DNA of 64,000 nt, taken from contig JAKMXF010000266.1 of the NCBI GenBank assembly GCA_024704765.1, positions 434,001 to 498,000 on the forward strand, read 5' to 3'. The notes under the pieces were generated by a model. The model made no database searches. It was given only the letters and a program-made list of their open reading frames with translations, and was not told the origin of the DNA. The translations under genes were made by a program, and so were the position numbers. Below, one piece after another: positions 27,601 through 37,600 of this stretch (the first letter of the stretch is position 1; every line of letters begins with the position of its first letter). This stretch comes from Oopsacas minuta (taxonomy: Eukaryota; Animalia; Porifera).

Positions 27601-27990
27601 TGAGATTAAGGATCTCTCACACAGCTGGAGAGATGGACTAGCTTTCTGTGCTCTTATCCACTCCTATATTCCTGGGGAATTTGATTTTGATAGTCTCTCA
27701 GCTAGCAATCCAAAGCAAAACATGGAATTAGCATTTCAAGTAGCAAAGTATGTTGATTTGCTCATTTATATTTATTTTTTAAACATGCTACTTATTAACT
27801 CAGAAATCGAATAATATCCACCAGAACTATTTTTGTCATTTCACGTAATTTATAGTATTTCTATTTCCTCAGTGATCATGGCGTCCCTCAACTATTTGAT
27901 CCATCAGACCTAATAGAAATGAAAGTCCCAGATCAACGTTCTATCATGACGTATCTCTCTTCAATCTACAAGGAGCTACACAACAAGTAA
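18675..27990 (+). CDS. SMTN: Smoothelin-like protein (N-terminal smoothelin motif + C-terminal type-2 calponin-homology domain), ~14 exons
   Basis: Exons 18675-18731 and 20674-20799 give LEEMSEAELKKL|LETASDYQERSQIRSALRKLK, matching the smoothelin motif (human DEGALRKLLEVTADLAERRRIRSAIRELQ). Last exons (~27441-27518, 27599-27747, 27873-27990) give TLNWAKSQTRGYN|VEIKDLSHSWRDGLAFCALIH..FDF..L....NMELAF..A|..GVPQLFDPSDL.....PDQRSIMTYLSSIY. Low-complexity middle exons at ~21499, 22070, 22243, 23499, 24401, 24769, 25332, 26014, 26754. Confidence 0.75.
19793..19828. repeat. (GTTT)n microsatellite
   Basis: About 9 GTTT units. Confidence 0.9.
21897..22031. mobile_element. MITE family A, full-length copy with TA TSD
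   Basis: ta|cagctaactccggttatatcgaa ... ttcgatatgacgggagttgactg|ta. Confidence 0.8.
23844..24011. mobile_element. MITE family B copy with TA TSD
   Basis: ta|cagtgttacttccacaaacgggg ... gtttgtggatgtttactg|ta. Confidence 0.8.
27225..27300. mobile_element. MITE family B, short copy with TA TSD
   Basis: ta|cagtgaaacctccacaaacgg ... ccgtttgtggaggttacactg|ta: 21-bp TIRs with 1 mismatch. Confidence 0.85.
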
Positions 27991-28495
27991 AACTATCTCT
28001 AGCATCAGCAGAGAATATACTTCAAAACTTCCATCCTCTCAACCTTAAATATCTATGATCTAATATTATAGATGGATAATAGTTAATATTTTATTTTCCC
28101 TTGTGAATATGAATAGTTGTTCTAATCCCTTACCATTGGTGTTATGTATCAGGTACATTGTGTGTTTTTGCTTTTTATTGTCAGTTCAATTACATTATAA
28201 TTGTTAAATTTGAATGTTTATTGGCTGGTCCAAAGTTCAAGCACTTTTTAGGCCGGTTTTTACTGTTTGAAAATTTTAAACACAGAATGTAAATTTGAGG
28301 CGAATATGTTAATTTGTTAATATATTTTTAAGTGAGCCAATTTTACATATTATGCAAATATATACCACAAAAATTCGACGAAAATTTAATGTTAATTCAA
28401 TGAAAGTACACGTCATTACTTCAAAATTCTTTCAACCGCTCAAAGAATTAAAACACTTGAAGTCCTTATTATCAATTAGAAATTTTTTATTAAAA

Positions 28496-29353
28496 ATGTG
28501 GCGGATACTCCCCTTTGTATCAAGAACTAATTTCTCCACAATCTCACAACATCAAGGTCAAATGATGAAAAGAGGTTTACCCAAGAGAAAGCTTATCCCT
28601 AATGTAGATAATATCGTGGTAGTAGCTAGTGGTAAAGGAGGTGTAGGCAAATCTACAATAGCAGTTAATCTTTCACACGGATTGAGAAGTATAGGATATC
28701 GTGTCGGGTTGTTAGATGTAGATATTTACGGCCCATCTCTCCCAAAAATGATGAATCTTAACCACAAAGCTGAGACCGGAAACGATGGCTTAATTCTACC
28801 GTTAATTAATTATGATATAGAATGTATGTCTATGGGATTTCTTGTTGATTCAGGAATATTCTGGAGAGGTTTAATGGTAATGTCTGCTATAGAAACCCTT
28901 CTTTATAAAGTTAAATGGAGTCAGCGTGACGTCATAGTTATTGACATGCCTCCTGGCACGGGCGACACGCATATATCTATAGTACAGCGATTGAATTTGA
29001 CAGGTGCTGTCATTGTAACTACTCCACAGGATGTAGCGTTAATTGACGCTAGAAAATGTGTGGAAATGTTCTCTAAAGTTGATGTACGTGTTCTAGGTGT
29101 TGTGATTAATATGAGCGGATTTGTATGTGAAAATTGTGGAAGTCACACAGATATATTTGGAGATGGAAATGAAGATTCAATTTGTAGAGATTTAGACACT
29201 AGTTTATTAGCAAAATTTCCTCTACTGAAAGATATAAGATTATCCGGAGACGATGGCTCCTGTTTATTAGTAGATTCTAAGCCAAATAGCATCAAACAAT
29301 CCATCACTAAAATGGCTAAAAAAGTCAGTGTAAATTTTGCACCCAAAAACTAA
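28496..29353 (+). CDS. NUBPL: Mitochondrial Fe-S protein NUBPL/Ind1 (Mrp/NBP35 family ATPase), single exon
   Basis: VASGKGGVGKST, LLDVDIYGPSLP, IFWRGLMVMSAI, DMPPGTGD, VTTPQDVAL, NMS.F.CENC motifs; ATG at 28496 starts a presequence-like N-terminus (MWRILPFVSRTNFS). Confidence 0.92.
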   Translation: MWRILPFVSRTNFSTISQHQGQMMKRGLPKRKLIPNVDNIVVVASGKGGVGKSTIAVNLSHGLRSIGYRVGLLDVDIYGPSLPKMMNLNHKAETGNDGLILPLINYDIECMSMGFLVDSGIFWRGLMVMSAIETLLYKVKWSQRDVIVIDMPPGTGDTHISIVQRLNLTGAVIVTTPQDVALIDARKCVEMFSKVDVRVLGVVINMSGFVCENCGSHTDIFGDGNEDSICRDLDTSLLAKFPLLKDIRLSGDDGSCLLVDSKPNSIKQSITKMAKKVSVNFAPKN

Positions 29354-29942
29354 ATGAAATATTCGCTTATTTATTAAAAAAATTCCAATAAATTTTGGAT
29401 TTATCCGAATTAATTAGTAAAATTGTCTGAATATATTTCTTAATAAAATCTGTGTTATGAATTGTAACCACTTTATACATTAATAAATTACTTTTAGACA
29501 ACATTATTAAGGAATTTCAAATATTTATAAATTACATTATTATGTAAAAGTTCGTTCAGTTGCCAAGTAATATACTCAAGTTGACTCATACAAATTTAAG
29601 GAACTTGACTAACTTTTTGCCACGCTGATATCACTTGATAAAATGCTGCATTTTATGTACTACGTAGTATAGTGATCAGCAATTATGTGTCCATACAATG
29701 GATAAGAGCTTGTTTCTGTCTCACAGTCTCAAGGTTGAAAATCTACACCATTGATTTTACAGATAATGTCCATCAAGGTGTAAGTATAATTACGCTCATG
29801 AAGTATTTGAAATTTGTGCAGAAGTTGAAAGTTCCGACGATCCTGCAATCACTTAACAATACGTTTCAACTGCTATACCAGTGTATGTACGAGAATAATG
29901 ATAACAACCACTTTGTCAGTAACTTATATTTCCCGAATTAGT

Positions 29943-31904
29943 ATGGGTAAACCCAGAAATTCTAAAAAGAAGACAAATAAAAAATCACAACCTCCTACAT
30001 TTACAAAGGTTAAGAAAAAGGTTGGTAAGAGACAACTCCCTGCCAACACAACACGAATAGACTTCAAATCTCGTCAGATACATTTACCCTCTCAGCTAGC
30101 TAATGAAGGTACTACGTCACGTATATCTACGTACATACAGCAATTGAAACATCATAATGTTAATACACGAGTACGTGCTATCAACTCTATACAACAAATA
30201 GCTACAAAGGAAAGTGAATTTTTCAAAAATGTATTAGCGAATGTGCTATATGGTATTGGGCCAATATTCACCGATGTGAATGTTGAAGTGCAGAAGGAAT
30301 TTCGCAACTTTCTCGCGGTTTTATTCACACTATTCCCAGCTGATAATTTCACACCATATTTCTCGTTAATAATCGCGTACTTAATTGCTTCTCTGACACA
30401 TACTGATGTTAATATTAAAACAACAGCACTTAATATGGGTCGTAGCTTAGTCACCCTATTTCCAAACGAAACTTCACACCATGTCCATGTCATACTCCCT
30501 AAATACCTCTCTCTACTTACAGGCTATAACCCTCATAATTTGAGATCGCGAAAAACCCCAACGTTCAGTCAACTCGTAGCACCACGTATATCTACAAATC
30601 TACTCGCAGTTAATAACACCTTAGAACAGAGTATGTTAATATTCGAAAATATCAAGATTACATCAGCTCTTCTTGTTCCACACGCGAAATCTCACACTAG
30701 CTCCAACACAAACTCAACTCCAAGTAATAAATACATTGTACATATACCCCCAAGGTTATTTCATACATCCAAACAGTCTATAGAAATACATGAAAGTATT
30801 GTAGGATTTTTCACAACATTTTTATCAGTTAGTTGGTCTGATTTAAAAGAATTACACTCTTCACTTTCAAACTCATCTCTCAGCACAAACAAAATAGAAC
30901 ATATTGTCAATACAATATCTACGATTATAGACACCTACATGTTGATACCATGTATATTGACAATAGATGTATTAGATCAAATTGAGTGTTCATTAACTAA
31001 AGAATATTCCTCAAATGAAGAATCATGGATAACTGAATTGTATAGTTTCTTTTCTTGCAACTTTCCTATAGAAATTGCTGGCTCTTGTTCAATTGCAAGT
31101 TTGCGGCTAAATTACCAAATATTAAATTTATACATTTCTGTACATATTTTCTCGAATCCTGACAAGCCGTTTTCGAAACAAGAAGTGACAGAATTCATTG
31201 ATAATCTGGAGTTAACCAGTGATGATGTAATAAAATTAATTTCCATACTTGTAATGCTACAGTTTTGCAAGCAAAAAGAATCTACATGCGATTGTCCTCA
31301 CATAATACAGCTAATATGTGATAAAATTTGGAATTATTTACACCAAAATTGTGGAAAAGAAGAAATATTGGAATTCTTGATATTCCTGCTTGATTACTAT
31401 TTCGAGTTGACTGATAATTATCTATTAGTCCATCTCAATAATATACTAAATGAATTCTCATCCATGGTCCAACAGTGTAAACTCACAGAATCTCTGACAG
31501 ATAAAATGGTATATTCATTATCTCGTATGTTTGCACGTTCGCATGTACCACTGGCTATTGTTTCATCACGTAATGATATAATAATATCTCTACTAACTTC
31601 AATCACTCAGTCTGAATATTCGGAACTGTTGCAGAGTAGAATTATTCATCTCGCTTTCTTTTCTAATATAAATGACTCTGATTTCCTTAACACGTTACTG
31701 AATGACGTCATAACCAGGTTATCTATCGATAATTCTTTATGTTTACTTGATGTGCTGTTTATATCTTATAAAACACATATACGCATATCTGCTAACTTTT
31801 CCAAATTTCTCAGAGGCATAGTTCAAGCTCATGCTGAACAAATACCTCCTCAGGCTGGCACAGCTTTTACACAAAGAGTGAATCGTTATATTGAACAATT
31901 ATAG
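29943..31904 (+). CDS. TEX10: TEX10/Ipi1-like rixosome (pre-rRNA processing) subunit, single exon
   Basis: N-terminus KK...FTKVKKKVGKR..PANTT...FKSRQIHLPSQL and LKHHNVNTR match the Ipi1_N/TEX10 signature, followed by helical-repeat sequence. Confidence 0.85.
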   Translation: MGKPRNSKKKTNKKSQPPTFTKVKKKVGKRQLPANTTRIDFKSRQIHLPSQLANEGTTSRISTYIQQLKHHNVNTRVRAINSIQQIATKESEFFKNVLANVLYGIGPIFTDVNVEVQKEFRNFLAVLFTLFPADNFTPYFSLIIAYLIASLTHTDVNIKTTALNMGRSLVTLFPNETSHHVHVILPKYLSLLTGYNPHNLRSRKTPTFSQLVAPRISTNLLAVNNTLEQSMLIFENIKITSALLVPHAKSHTSSNTNSTPSNKYIVHIPPRLFHTSKQSIEIHESIVGFFTTFLSVSWSDLKELHSSLSNSSLSTNKIEHIVNTISTIIDTYMLIPCILTIDVLDQIECSLTKEYSSNEESWITELYSFFSCNFPIEIAGSCSIASLRLNYQILNLYISVHIFSNPDKPFSKQEVTEFIDNLELTSDDVIKLISILVMLQFCKQKESTCDCPHIIQLICDKIWNYLHQNCGKEEILEFLIFLLDYYFELTDNYLLVHLNNILNEFSSMVQQCKLTESLTDKMVYSLSRMFARSHVPLAIVSSRNDIIISLLTSITQSEYSELLQSRIIHLAFFSNINDSDFLNTLLNDVITRLSIDNSLCLLDVLFISYKTHIRISANFSKFLRGIVQAHAEQIPPQAGTAFTQRVNRYIEQL

Positions 31905-33467
31905 TGTTTATGACGTAATGATTTGTATTCTATTGATTAGAGCAATAGTTAGCAATTATTAATAAATAAGCCAAAATGTTGAAAAGGTACGAATTCAATG
32001 AAATTATTGCATAAGTTGTAAGTAACAAAATTCCTAATGCACACTTTTGTGCAATTGAGTACCAATCCTCGTATGTTGTATATAAGGTATTTTGTGTTAA
32101 AACTTTTCTCAAACAGCAAAAACGAGGATGTATTGTATAAGAAAGAGCTAAAATGAAGCAATTGGTAATATTACATTATTGGGAGATGTTTTCAAATTTT
32201 CCACTACTAACGTGGTTAATCTGACCAATTAATATGATTATCCACATGAAAGGAAACTAATGGCCTGGAATAACAAATTCTAAATTACCTAAAAATGTTA
32301 AGTATAAAATCTATAATTAGAAACTGTAACTCATGGGTAAACGCTATTCCCCTAAGGTGATTAAAATATTACTCGTGATGTACGTCAGATTTTCATAATT
32401 ACTTTACACTGCTATTTTCATTCCCATTAATATATTTATGATAATATATGTGCCTATTTTAGTATCATTGCTTTTACGTTACTTTCGGATCTGATTTTAT
32501 TTCAGTTTTAATATACAAGGTCATAGATTGTTCTACAATATTCTATACGTAATGTCATGTAACATGCCAATAGAATGGAGTATTATTCAAATAGTCTCGC
32601 AATAACTCTCCTATTCTATGTGCCATCTTTGATAAATTCTAACAGCCTCTAGCATTTTTATCAACCAATTAAGCTATCACAATAGTTTATTAAGTTGATA
32701 GGAAATGCATCATCCTAAGTTATATTCTATTCGTCAGAAAGAATACAAAATTACAACCCCTCCTTCTTTCTGGAAATTCTATCTATCTTAATCAGAGTTC
32801 ACCAATTATTAATAATACACTGATTCTTAATACCTCATCAGGCTAATTCAATAGTTATTCCTTGAATGTTCAGGGTTGTATTACATCTATTCATCATGTC
32901 TTCATATTTGGTAACTATACATTCTTTGAATTCATGATACCTTTGGAGGGCGGCGTAGCTAAGGACCAAGGTACACGTGCCCTAGTAACAGGAATATAGT
33001 ATTTACCCTGAGGAGGGGAAAGCTCGTGTAGGTGCCTTACAGCTGATAGTTAATAGCTATACATAGCTCACTAAATAATATCCTGGCACTAACATCTTCC
33101 GTAATTTTTGCACACTCTATTACAATAACCATTAAGCATACTTTGCTATCAGATTTTTATGAAAGAAATTAAATAGGGTTGTAATCAACTTTTCGTTGTT
33201 TAAGATAGTTAAAAATATTTTTGCAAAAGATCTAGAGATCTTTAAAATATACTTTTCATTGTTTTCTGCATAAAATTTTAATTTTGGTCTTTAACGCTGG
33301 ACTTGTTTACAAAATAATTTCTATGTACAACTAATCATTGGTCAAATTACATTACCCCAAAATTGTATTAATCATCATTAAGGCAAGCGGTGATTACTTA
33401 CATAGAGTCATGGTCGCCGAAAATCTAATTTATGATAAGAGACTTCATATAAAAGGAACGGATATTA

Positions 33468-33597
33468 CAGCAGTTCCCAACCCCACGGACGACAGCAGGG
33501 GGTCCTCAGGATCTATTGCAGTCTATGGGAGGGAGTCCACAGAATGTGTTAAAATTGGTATAGGGGGTCCACGGGTGAAATGTCCAGTAGCGCTGGG
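33468..33597. mobile_element. hAT/Charlie-like MITE remnant (same family as 10322)
   Basis: cagcagttcccaacc terminus; gagtccacagaatgtgttaaaattggtatagggggtccacgggtgaa closely matches the reverse complement of 10341-10388. Confidence 0.6.
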
Positions 33598-34676
33598 GTA
33601 TTATTTATTTTGGTCACTGACTTGGTTTATGATATGTAATATTCATAATAAGAAAAGTGTCAATTTCTATATTTAATATCAGTTTCTGGTCTTTGCATAT
33701 TCACATAACACGATAAACTTGTAATACTAACCCAGTCCAATGCTATTGTTGTTATCCTACTTTGATACCTAGAGTCACTGTTAATTGTTTAGAGACCTGT
33801 TTATCATACCATTTATTAATTAGCTTATTTTACCCATATATGGGTATATCGATTATATAAATGCAGTATGTGAATGCTATCAATTTGTAGTAATTGAGTG
33901 CGTATCTTATATTGTTATTAAGAAAATATGTGCTATTGGGTATGAATGTGGTGATTACTCTAATTATGCCAATTCAGTGAAAATAGAGGGAAATGAGATT
34001 GTTAATATGGTTAAAATTCCAAATAGAGTAAATTGTCATTGAATAATTGGTTGATAACCAACAACACGTGTTCTAATATGTATTTATGGTGAAAATGGCT
34101 GATAATTAATTACTTTTATGGATATCGTTTATAAATCACTTCCCTTTTGGTTAGCTAATTCGAATTTCGATCACTATATGATGTGTTACTATCTAGTCAA
34201 TTTGATACCCTAGTTCTTGTATTCTCATCTCTAAAACCTTACGAAATTTGGAATTTTTCGCAATAATATTGGTGCGATTAATTTGAATTTTGATCGAAAT
34301 AAATTAAAGGACACCTTCCAACCATATTTCATTTATATTGGCTGAGAAAAGTGATAAATATCCTCTGATATTTATTCAATTTTTGTTAAACATTGTCTGT
34401 TGTTAGCCAAAATTTCCAGTATTACAAAAATCAACCCTGGAGGTATATACCTGGGGAAGATTGCCGTTTAATAAATTCAACAAATACAGACTTACTAAAT
34501 ATTTTAACACTACCTACATTCGGCAGTATGCTTGGCCTCTCATCAATAGAGTATCACGGTTTAACAGCATGTACATGTATGCATCAGGTATAAATACAGC
34601 TTAATTCGTCTAATTATAAATCTCATTACAACCATATCCAATATATTTCATACATACTACATATACGTTAATACGA

Positions 34677-37600
34677 ATGGCCTCTATTCTTGCCATGCAC
34701 GCTGGTCGTAGTGATTTCGGAGAAAAATTCCATGGTGCGAATCTGGAATATGAAATATGTCCTGATAATTTGGATGACAATTCTCTAGAAGCGGATGGGA
34801 ATCTGAATAATGAAGGACCTGAACAGGAACATACCCATTTTATGAACCTAATAACACGTGGTTACAATTCTATCCAGTTATCTGAAAAGAATTCAGATAT
34901 TAAAGTATTCCATACTTCCAAGGGAAAACAACTAGTTCGAGCAATTCGTCTATTTTTCAAGATTTGTTGCTGCATACTTTACGTGCTTCAAACGTTCGAG
35001 TTTTCTGATACAAGTGATTTTATCCCTGCATATTGTAAACAGCTCCATGTATTTCTACCATTCAATCCTAATCCTGATCATAATTCAGTTCTACACGCGT
35101 ATCAACGTGGGAAATGCTCTGAAAAATTTAATTATCAGCTCTTACCAACTGATACATTTAATGACGATCTATTTCTTAACAATAGATCTCTGTTACGGTT
35201 TAACAGTATAGCCGAAATGAATAATGAAGTCAAAGCTCATTTCTGTTCATTTAAGTGCAATTCTACCGAAACATGCGCTGAGGTTACCCAAAACGATTTC
35301 TACCAATTTTGCAGCTGTATAGTTGATTGTGGTGGTCAGCTGATTTGCAATAGTGCAGTGCATCATGAGGAATCATATAATAGAGATATAGATGATTACG
35401 ACTATTCCAAACTATTCTTCTACTCCAAACCTCTTTTTCTCTATCTAATACAAGCTGTATTCAGTCTCCTCGTGATGATAGAGTCAATCATTTTATGTGT
35501 CTGGTCATATTATAACGGTGTCCGTTGGTATAAACTGATAGATGGTTACGTCATTTTGGATCTTGTTAATGGTGTTCTATTCCTTATAACATTATGCTTC
35601 CCACCCTGTTTGAAGGATCTTTTCATACCAATCTTCGTACAATGCCTTTCTGCAAAAATAATCTTAAATGAGATTATTTACGAAATAGATACTTATAGCG
35701 TACAAACAAAATACATGAATGTTGTAACTCAAAAGTTGATAAGCTTACTCTTCGGTATTTGCAGTGTTCTTTTCTTCAGCGTATGCCTAATGCATTATCT
35801 TGAACGTACTCATTCACAAAGTTCCATCCCAAACCTCTTCGAATCGCTATGGTTTATAATAATCACTATTACTACTGTAGGTTATGGTGATATCTATCCT
35901 GCCACGTGGTACGGCAAAGTATTTATAATGTTTCTGGTTATATTGGTGCTGTTCTCGCTTACAACTGTTCTCGACGAATTGTTAGATTTACTCGGCTCCT
36001 CCCATAAGACAACTGCAGCATATTTTAACTACATGAAAGGAAAACATGTAGTATTAGTCACTAGTAATGTACGAATGAATTTCCTCGTAGATTTCCTTAA
36101 TGAATTATATTCCGAGGAAAATAATGATGTAGTTACTGTCATACTATGTCCACGATCACCTGACAAAATGACTGAGAACCGGCTTAAAAGCCCTGTTTGG
36201 CGTCGTCGTGTTGTTCTGCTACAAGGCTCAGCCCTTCGCTCGATGGATTTAGATAGAACTTCTATCTCGAATGCTAGATGCTGTTTTCTGATTCCAGACA
36301 GACAAACTGATGATCCTAATGCAGCTGACCAGGAGACTATCCTACGAGCTATTGCTATTAGACGTTTCGCTCCTCGTATAAAGCTTTATGTACACATTCT
36401 TAAGCCTGAAAACCGTTTCCAAGTTGACTTTGCTACGAAGATAATGTGTGAAGGTGAGATTAAGCATGCTCTATTCGCTAGTAACTGTATCTGTCCTGGT
36501 TTCTCTACATTTATAACTCTCCTATTACACACGACAACTCCTGATTCTGAAGAAAAGAATCAGGACTATTCATATTGTTCTGGGAATGAAATATACGATA
36601 TTCGTCTCGGTGATAGCGTTCTATTCTCGCAATACGTTAACAAGAACTTCCTATTTGCGGCTGTGCTGGTACTACGCAATTCTGGTGTCTTATTAATAGG
36701 AATCCAGCAGGATGAAAACAAGAAGATCCTGTTGAACCCTGGTTCTGATTACATACTGCAAGAAAACGATATCTGCTTCTATATATCACAAAACCGCGAG
36801 GAAATGAGTCGTGTTGTGCAGAAAATTCCGAAATATGAGGCGAAGAATGAATTGGAGAAAATGTGTGCACAGGTTGGTCTAATCAATATGCACTATTATA
36901 ATATGGATCAGACAAGTCCTTCCAAAAGCATACCTGATGTCAGCCCTATTAGGAAAGAGGCGAGCTTCAATAATGAATTACGGCGGTCATCTTTACTAGA
37001 AGGAATCAGCTTAATGCAAGCTGCTGTTGGTAACAAAAAGATTGAAGAATATAATAGTGATGATGACGATATCAGTGTAAATAATGATCCAAAGGAAAAC
37101 CAAACTATACGAGATGGCATTACGTTAATGAAAGCTTCAGCGAACAAACCAAAACCTAATCCTTTCTATCGACTTGAAAGTCAGGTTGAAACTAGTAATG
37201 CATTTCAAACCTCAGCTACAGAGGCTTGTGCCATACCATTGCAAGGTTCTATCTGCCCTGTCTCAGACTCAGCATTTGAAGAGCCCAGTACAAGCTATGA
37301 TAAAAGTGCGTGTATGCTTGTAAGCGATATACCTCTTGAGAGCCCTGAATTTCAGTTTACAGAACACAATGAGGGAGATACGGAGTATGTTCCAGAAAAA
37401 TGGCCTGCTGAGAGTGAGAATTTTAGACAATTTCACAATTACTCATCTTGTAATTATCCGCGTAAAAAGGTAACACATGGAAAGAAAATGACTCCAGAAT
37501 CTACTGGTGGAGGTGGCTTAAGCAAGATACTCCGCTCTCAAGCTCAAATGAATAAAGCTACCTGCGAGGGACCAGCGAAAAAGAAAGTTGTGAAGCCAAA

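Noticed and set aside
28352-28495. N-terminal extension of the NUBPL ORF
   Set aside because: AT-rich and non-homologous; ATG 28496 gives a typical presequence-like start.
33338-33676. 112-aa ORF upstream of KCNT
   Set aside because: Its middle is a hAT-like MITE remnant (33468-33597) also found at 10322; no protein homology, so probably a chance ORF.
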